DNA of 64,000 bases from positions 233-64,232 of the forward strand of contig JAJTHM010000045.1 in the NCBI GenBank assembly GCA_021297855.1, given 5' to 3'. Below, piece by piece: positions 58,749 to 64,000 of the stretch. Under the pieces are notes generated by a model. The model was not told the DNA's origin, searched no databases, and was given only the letters and a program-made list of their open reading frames with translations. The position numbers and the translations under genes were made by a program. How positions within the stretch are numbered: position 1 is the first letter of the stretch; every line of letters starts with the position of its first letter. Source of the stretch: Sphingobacteriales bacterium. GTDB lineage: Bacteria; Bacteroidota; Bacteroidia; Chitinophagales; JADJOU01.

Positions 58749-61744
58749 AGCCCCACGACCTTAAAAAAGGCATTGACAAATAAGGCTCCGTTATTTTTAT
58801 GCGGGGGTATGTACATTTTGAAGTCTTTATTTCCTCGTAGTTTAATTTCCTGGTCTGCCCAGAAGCTAGGCCAGTCCAGATTCTTATTGTTTCGCAGGAT
58901 TTCTCGAATCGATTTGAGCATAGGGTCATTGATATTCATGGTTCCTACCTGTTTGGTAGATAGGATTTGTGCATCTGGCGATCGAACCAATAGTTCAGAG
59001 ATTTTATAGTAACCTCCGCAGCTTCCCATAAAAATAAACTTAGGGCTTCCGACCATTTGATCGATCGTCTTTTGACTGTGATAGCTGTGTCCTCGGTGTA
59101 CGATGATCGATGGCTCTAATTTATTGTAGACAAGATAGTCACGAATAGCTTGCTGACCTGAAACTTCATGTTGCGGTTTATTCGCGAAGATGTCATAGTC
59201 ATTTCCTTCTAGTGAGGATATATAATAATAGCTACCCAAATCCTGTATATACCACTTGGGCATTAAGCGAAATAGTTGAATGTAATTATTGAATGAGGCT
59301 ATACCATCTCCATCATTGTAGAAAAAATTGACTTCAATAATTTTGTTGTGCTTGCTTTTAAGCTCTGCTACATCGATATAATTCAACGAATATTTAGCGA
59401 AATTTTCTTTTTTATTTTTAAACCAATCCTGATGAACCAATGCGCGCTGACCTATATTGCTTGCTAGCAGACTATATACGGCCATGGCCAATTGGTCTTT
59501 TTTAATTTCAGCTAGATCGTATTCCGATTTTATAATATTTTGAATTGAGGACTGTATCTCCGTGTGATCGCAGTTATTGATGAACTCACAAAGTACCGAT
59601 GCCTCTTCAATGCAGTTGATATCGCTAAAATCTATTTTGGTCAATTTTTCTAGAAATTCTTGCCTCGATTCGGGCGTACTATTTCTATAAAAAAGCTCAG
59701 GGAATTTATGAAAAGTCGCCAAGAGGGACGAAAACTCTCTGAATTTATAATGATTTACTTTGGGTAGAAAGTCTATCAAGCTAGTTTCTCCTAAATTTTG
59801 TAGTAAAACATAGTAGCAATTGTCAAATGCGAATTGGAAAATTTCTTCCTTGCCCAATACCATCAGTGAATAAATTTCTTTCGCATTGAATTGCTTTATT
59901 TCTTTCAAATTTGGATGCGACTGGGAAGGGTTATCATTTATAGACCGAATAAATTTAAGCGAAAGTTGGTTTTGTTCTTCTTCTACGCTATGCAAACCTA
60001 TTGGATTCTTCTGCACAGTAATATGCATCAAAGCTTTTAAATACTGCACATCCGACTGTCCTATCCGGTGTGCCTCATCTATGGTCAGCTCTCTATTTAA
60101 AATTTTATGAATTAATGAGTAAGATTTTGTATTAAACTGATGTTGATTAAAAATTTGAATCAGTGTTTTAGGTATAGGTTCGTTTGAGGCCATTATTTGC
60201 TTGGTCAGCAGATGATCTGGATTGCCTAAATATTTTTTAATAGAATTGGGAGAAAAGTAGGCTAGTTTATTTATTATATTGGGGAACTCAGGTTGAGTCT
60301 TTAATGATTCTTTATTTTTTAATATAATATGAGGGTGATAGGCTGCGAGGTAATCTATGAATCTACTACCTATGGGACTCTTTAGAATTGAGTTTAAATT
60401 GCTATCTACTTTATTTATATTTCGCGCCCAGGATAACAGGGAGAGCTGCGTCTTATTTAGATGAAACGTAGTAGTAATGGCCTTAGATAGCTCTTGTTTT
60501 TTTTGTCTAATTTCAGTTTCATAGGTGTATTTTCTCATGAACCAATCTTCATTTTTGGGGCTGAGTTTTGCCTGGCTATTATTCGCTAAATCAAGGCAAT
60601 AATTATAAGCAGATTCAGTCAAAGATTTTTTTAGTTCATTTTCCAGATTGGCTTTGTAAATTTTCTGAACAAAACTCTTTATAATATCGGCGGGCAATAT
60701 TTGCAAAGTCTCAACTGAAGTCAAATCATCATCATACTTAGCTAAATACTGAAGTATAGCTATTATCTCCGACGGATTGGAGGATTCATGGGTTAAAACT
60801 AAAAGCGTCATTATTTCTTTGGTGCTATACTGACTCAAACCTCCAGGACCATTATCAAAAAAATCGTCCAATACCCATTCTCCTTTTTTCGACAAGAATT
60901 GCATGGCAGAATTTCGGGCATAGGCATTTGGATCAAGGCAGGCAGCTAATAACTTTTTGGTGAGAATGAATTGGTTTTGTTTGAATTCCCATTCATGAGA
61001 ATCATTGAACGAATTTTTGATTATGTCATCCAATAAATAATATAATTCGGAATTCACTCCCATTCTAGATTTTATCTCTAAGACTTTTTTTACCAACTGG
61101 CTATTAGAGCTTGCTGCCAAGTCAGAGAGAAATTGGTGTTTATCCAGCATTTTCACCCATGATACTGGATCATAACTGATCACTAAATTGAGCAATTGTT
61201 GTAAATCGCCCAGTTGAGCAAAATCTTCCACTTGACCATAAAAAAGTTTGGGCTTTTCAGTTGCATACTCGACAAGAAATTTTTTTGCATCTGGGTCTTT
61301 AAAAATATAGGGAAGTGCACGTATAGCATCTTGATGATTCTGTTTGAGATACTCTACAAGAAGCCCTTGCTGCTTATAATAAAAGATAGAAGGCATCATT
61401 CGGATAGCCCTTCTATAATCATGGTCTTCTATTTTTTTCGTCGCGTATAAGTTGTTGTTGATATCCTTGATCAATAGGTAGAGGTAGTCATAATAATCCA
61501 GTTTAGTATCTGTAGCGAACTGGTCAGTAATAGCCAAGGACACCAATACTTCTTCAAAATCATTAAATAAAAGCGAATCTTTATGATTGTAATTAATAGA
61601 TGCCTTTAGGAATTCTGATTCAATTAATGCCAGAATTTCATTTTCCTTATTGGGAGCATCTCCTGCTCTCAAAGTGAAGTAAAAAATAGAGGAAAGAAAA
61701 ATAAAAATAAGTTTCAAAATACTTCGTATCAATTGAATATGCAA
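58745..61744 (-). CDS. large hypothetical protein (N-terminal membrane anchor; C-terminal His/Cys-containing module)
   Basis: 999-aa ORF with a TTG start. No family recognised. The C-terminus contains IIVHRGHS...FIFMGSCGG. Confidence 0.6.
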   Translation of the reverse strand: MHIQLIRSILKLIFIFLSSIFYFTLRAGDAPNKENEILALIESEFLKASINYNHKDSLLFNDFEEVLVSLAITDQFATDTKLDYYDYLYLLIKDINNNLYATKKIEDHDYRRAIRMMPSIFYYKQQGLLVEYLKQNHQDAIRALPYIFKDPDAKKFLVEYATEKPKLFYGQVEDFAQLGDLQQLLNLVISYDPVSWVKMLDKHQFLSDLAASSNSQLVKKVLEIKSRMGVNSELYYLLDDIIKNSFNDSHEWEFKQNQFILTKKLLAACLDPNAYARNSAMQFLSKKGEWVLDDFFDNGPGGLSQYSTKEIMTLLVLTHESSNPSEIIAILQYLAKYDDDLTSVETLQILPADIIKSFVQKIYKANLENELKKSLTESAYNYCLDLANNSQAKLSPKNEDWFMRKYTYETEIRQKKQELSKAITTTFHLNKTQLSLLSWARNINKVDSNLNSILKSPIGSRFIDYLAAYHPHIILKNKESLKTQPEFPNIINKLAYFSPNSIKKYLGNPDHLLTKQIMASNEPIPKTLIQIFNQHQFNTKSYSLIHKILNRELTIDEAHRIGQSDVQYLKALMHITVQKNPIGLHSVEEEQNQLSLKFIRSINDNPSQSHPNLKEIKQFNAKEIYSLMVLGKEEIFQFAFDNCYYVLLQNLGETSLIDFLPKVNHYKFREFSSLLATFHKFPELFYRNSTPESRQEFLEKLTKIDFSDINCIEEASVLCEFINNCDHTEIQSSIQNIIKSEYDLAEIKKDQLAMAVYSLLASNIGQRALVHQDWFKNKKENFAKYSLNYIDVAELKSKHNKIIEVNFFYNDGDGIASFNNYIQLFRLMPKWYIQDLGSYYYISSLEGNDYDIFANKPQHEVSGQQAIRDYLVYNKLEPSIIVHRGHSYHSQKTIDQMVGSPKFIFMGSCGGYYKISELLVRSPDAQILSTKQVGTMNINDPMLKSIREILRNNKNLDWPSFWADQEIKLRGNKDFKMYIPPHKNNGALFVNAFFKVVGL

Positions 61745-62067
61745 AATAACTCAAAAAATCTCATTTACAGACTAGTAGTTTCATTAAAAATTCACAATAA
61801 GATGGGTAAGTGTAGTATTTTTACGATTAAAAATTAGACTATTTCACAACTTCATTCTTATTTCATTGACGACATTTTATTTTAAGATTCCTAAATTTCC
61901 CCTGCCTGTTGGGCAGAAAGGGCTTTGCTCATCAGGAATTAAATTTACTCTATGCACTTTGTCATTTCTACGAACCTGGACAGACCGAAGTGTCGATATA
62001 CAGGAATCTAACCAAAACTTTTGGCAGAAAATGGATAAATATAATATTGAACTAAAGATAGTTCCTC

Positions 62068-63093
62068 ATGTTTGAGTTAAAATCAATCTTGCTAAAGCGT
62101 TTCAGTCGCAATCGATTTGCCATTTGGGGAGGGATTTATATTTTGTTTTTGTTTCTATTGTCCCTATTTGGTCGATGTATATCTCTCGATAAGTCGGAGC
62201 ATGCAAACCACCAGAACCTAGCCCATAGATTCAAAAAACCAGGTTATCGATATCAGAAGAAGTCCTCCGTCATCAATGACAGCTTGACTCCTGCGTCTGA
62301 TTGGCTAATGAATTACAAAAACGGTGCTATGCACTGTAGAGATAGTATGACAAAAAAAAGTTCGAAGGATATAAATCGAATGCGTCATCCTTCGGATGCA
62401 GATTATGAATTTGTTTATTATCTGGGTTCAGATGCACTCGGTCGGGATGTGCTTAGCCGGCTTGTCTTGGGTACAAAGGTTTCAATTCAAGTAGGAATTA
62501 TAGCCGTGCTTATATCTCTTCTTATTGGCGTGTTTGTAGGTAGTATGGCAGGTTTTTATGGTGGGGTCATTGATTCGTTCGCGCTTTGGTTGATGAATGT
62601 TTTTTGGGCCATACCCACCATTTTGTTGGCTATGGTTTTGCTTATGCATTTTAATTCAAATACCAAGTACCAGATTTGGTTGGTGTTTTTGGCAGTTGGA
62701 CTCACTATGTGGGTAGATACCGCTAGAGTGATACGAGGCTTATTCATGCAGCTGAGAGAAAGGCAATTTGTCGAGGCTGCTAGAGTATTGGGTTTTTCGA
62801 ATCTGCGCATTATTTTCCGGCATATTTTTCCTAACACTATACCTTTTTTGATCGTTATTACTGCCTCCAATTTTGCTACGGCTATCTTGATGGAATCTGG
62901 CTTGAGTTATTTAGGATTAGGGGTGCAGCCTCCAGCGCCCTCGTGGGGTTCTATGCTTCGTGAATATTACGGATATTTGGGCACAGATGTATCTTACCTC
63001 GCCTTTTTTCCAGGCTTGGCTATCACACTGGCAGTGCTGGCATTTTATGCACTGGGAAATGGATTGCGAGATGCGCTGGATGTGAAGGGGTAA
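62068..63093 (+). CDS. oligopeptide/dipeptide-type ABC transporter permease (DppC/OppC family)
   Basis: LGSDALGRDVLSRLVLGTKVSIQVG and the EAARVLGFSNLRIIFRHIFPN (EAA loop) motifs. Confidence 0.85.
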   Translation: MFELKSILLKRFSRNRFAIWGGIYILFLFLLSLFGRCISLDKSEHANHQNLAHRFKKPGYRYQKKSSVINDSLTPASDWLMNYKNGAMHCRDSMTKKSSKDINRMRHPSDADYEFVYYLGSDALGRDVLSRLVLGTKVSIQVGIIAVLISLLIGVFVGSMAGFYGGVIDSFALWLMNVFWAIPTILLAMVLLMHFNSNTKYQIWLVFLAVGLTMWVDTARVIRGLFMQLRERQFVEAARVLGFSNLRIIFRHIFPNTIPFLIVITASNFATAILMESGLSYLGLGVQPPAPSWGSMLREYYGYLGTDVSYLAFFPGLAITLAVLAFYALGNGLRDALDVKG

Positions 63094-63122
63094 AGTTTAT
63101 CATTTAAATTAATTAAAAGAAG

Positions 63123-64000
63123 TTGAAGAATTATTCAGAATTAGAAATAGAAAAGATTCAAGACCGATTTGCAATTTTCGCTGAACAAGAATGCAAGTCC
63201 AGTTCTGCATTTTATTATGACCTAAGTCTTAAAATTTCTAAGGACGAGGAATTATCTAGAATGGCTTCCTATGCTTGTTATGGACAGCCTATCCCTAATA
63301 TTTTTTTCGGTGCGGTGCATTACCTAGTATTGAAAGATAAGAATTGTCAATTGGCGAGTTATTATCCATCGATTACAAAAAGCCTAAAGAATCCAGCGCT
63401 TCCATTTGATGTATTTAAAGATTTCTGTATTCATAATGAAAGCCAGATTGTGGAACTCATATCCAGTAAGATAGTACAAACCAATGTGATCAATCGTTGT
63501 TCGTATTTGACACCTATACTATCTGAACTGATTAATAAAGGGCAAAAGAATGCTTGTGTCATCGATATTGGAGCTAGTGTGGGGTTAAATTTAAATTTTG
63601 ACCTTTATGAGTATTGGACGGATGGACAAAAAATTTTTGGAGATAGTTCTGTGAAAATAGAATTTGAAACTAAGGATTCAGCTATCAAACCTATCTTGCC
63701 TACAAATTATTTTGTGAGAAAGATAGGTATAGACCAACATCTTATCAATCCACAAAATGAGGATGAAAAATTGTGGTTAAATGCCTTGATATGGCCAGAT
63801 CATTTGGAGCGATTTAACTCTATGGAAAAGGCATTAGAGCTCAGGCAGAATGGAGGAATAGAAATGCTCCAAGCTTCTACTGTGCCTCAATTTGAAGAAA
63901 TAATCAATGAGCAACTCAATAATGAAACTTTAATCATTTATTCTACACATACTTTGTATCAGTTTAGTCAAGAAAATCGTCAAGATTTTTTCAATATGCT
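63123..64000 (+). CDS. DUF2332-like protein, N-terminal part (gene runs off the right window edge)
   Basis: Manual translation from TTG 63123 gives LKNYSELEIEKIQDRFAIFAEQE...IDIGASVGLNLNFDLYEYW...LNALIWPDHLERF and is open to base 64000. The start codon is uncertain. Confidence 0.55.
   Translation, partial: MKNYSELEIEKIQDRFAIFAEQECKSSSAFYYDLSLKISKDEELSRMASYACYGQPIPNIFFGAVHYLVLKDKNCQLASYYPSITKSLKNPALPFDVFKDFCIHNESQIVELISSKIVQTNVINRCSYLTPILSELINKGQKNACVIDIGASVGLNLNFDLYEYWTDGQKIFGDSSVKIEFETKDSAIKPILPTNYFVRKIGIDQHLINPQNEDEKLWLNALIWPDHLERFNSMEKALELRQNGGIEMLQASTVPQFEEIINEQLNNETLIIYSTHTLYQFSQENRQDFFNM

Noticed and set aside
58638-59009. 123-aa plus-strand ORF and 68-aa minus-strand ORF (58723-58929) at the 3-prime end of the 999-aa gene
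   Set aside because: They overlap dispersed repeats and the duplicated gene end. Their translations are low-complexity, and the 999-aa frame is the consistent long ORF.
61866-62075. 69-aa ORF upstream of the ABC permease
   Set aside because: It has no motif, lies in an intergenic region containing hairpin repeats and overlaps the permease start. It is probably non-coding.
1-64000. tRNA, rRNA, tmRNA, integrase, intact transposase or prophage genes
   Set aside because: I scanned for GGTTCGA-type T-arms, a tmRNA 5-prime GGGGCTGA string and rRNA-like GC-rich blocks, and found none. The only transposase signal is the decayed HUH fragment at 57338-57536.

Overview
AT-rich, Bacteroidota-type chromosomal window. 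Lineage evidence: a T9SS type-B C-terminal sorting domain, b558-type sdhC-sdhA, a MoxR/DUF58 neighbourhood, DUF3857/transglutaminase genes and MORN-variant repeats. All homology calls come from reading motifs in the supplied translations; no database search was run. Housekeeping blocks: gmk-yicC-eamA-nrnA-like (2.5-5.9 kb), ndk, two amidohydrolases (22-26.5 kb), sdhC-sdhA, crcB-rocD-gdh (30.2-33.4 kb), the RDD/SpoIIM-like/DUF4129/DUF4350/MoxR/DUF58 cluster (37.5-44.8 kb) and an oligopeptide-type ABC permease. Accessory segments between them: (1) a DUF1800-DUF1501 operon extended by secreted proteins that share a C-terminal tag. (2) A 14.3-21.9 kb island with a wHTH+nucleotidyltransferase TA-like pair, a SOUL gene, a 21-bp x7 minisatellite and a mosaic GATC-type restriction-modification locus. 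In that locus an apparently intact Dam/DpnM-like methylase directly abuts an apparently intact DpnI-like methyl-dependent endonuclease with DpnD, followed by rhuM and a 5-prime-truncated DpnA. (3) A translationally coupled ParA-like ATPase + Schlafen/AlbA_2-HATPase (COG2865-like) pair in an AT-rich, ORF-poor pocket (34.3-37.5 kb). (4) A fulvocin-C-like cysteine-rich bacteriocin locus (44.9-48.7 kb). (5) A 1.6-kb LRR-gene insertion flanked by ~105-135 bp direct repeats that duplicate the 3-prime end of a 999-aa gene, with a REP/RAYT remnant. At least six dispersed repeat families are visible by eye. I found no tRNA, rRNA, CRISPR array, intact transposase or integrase.
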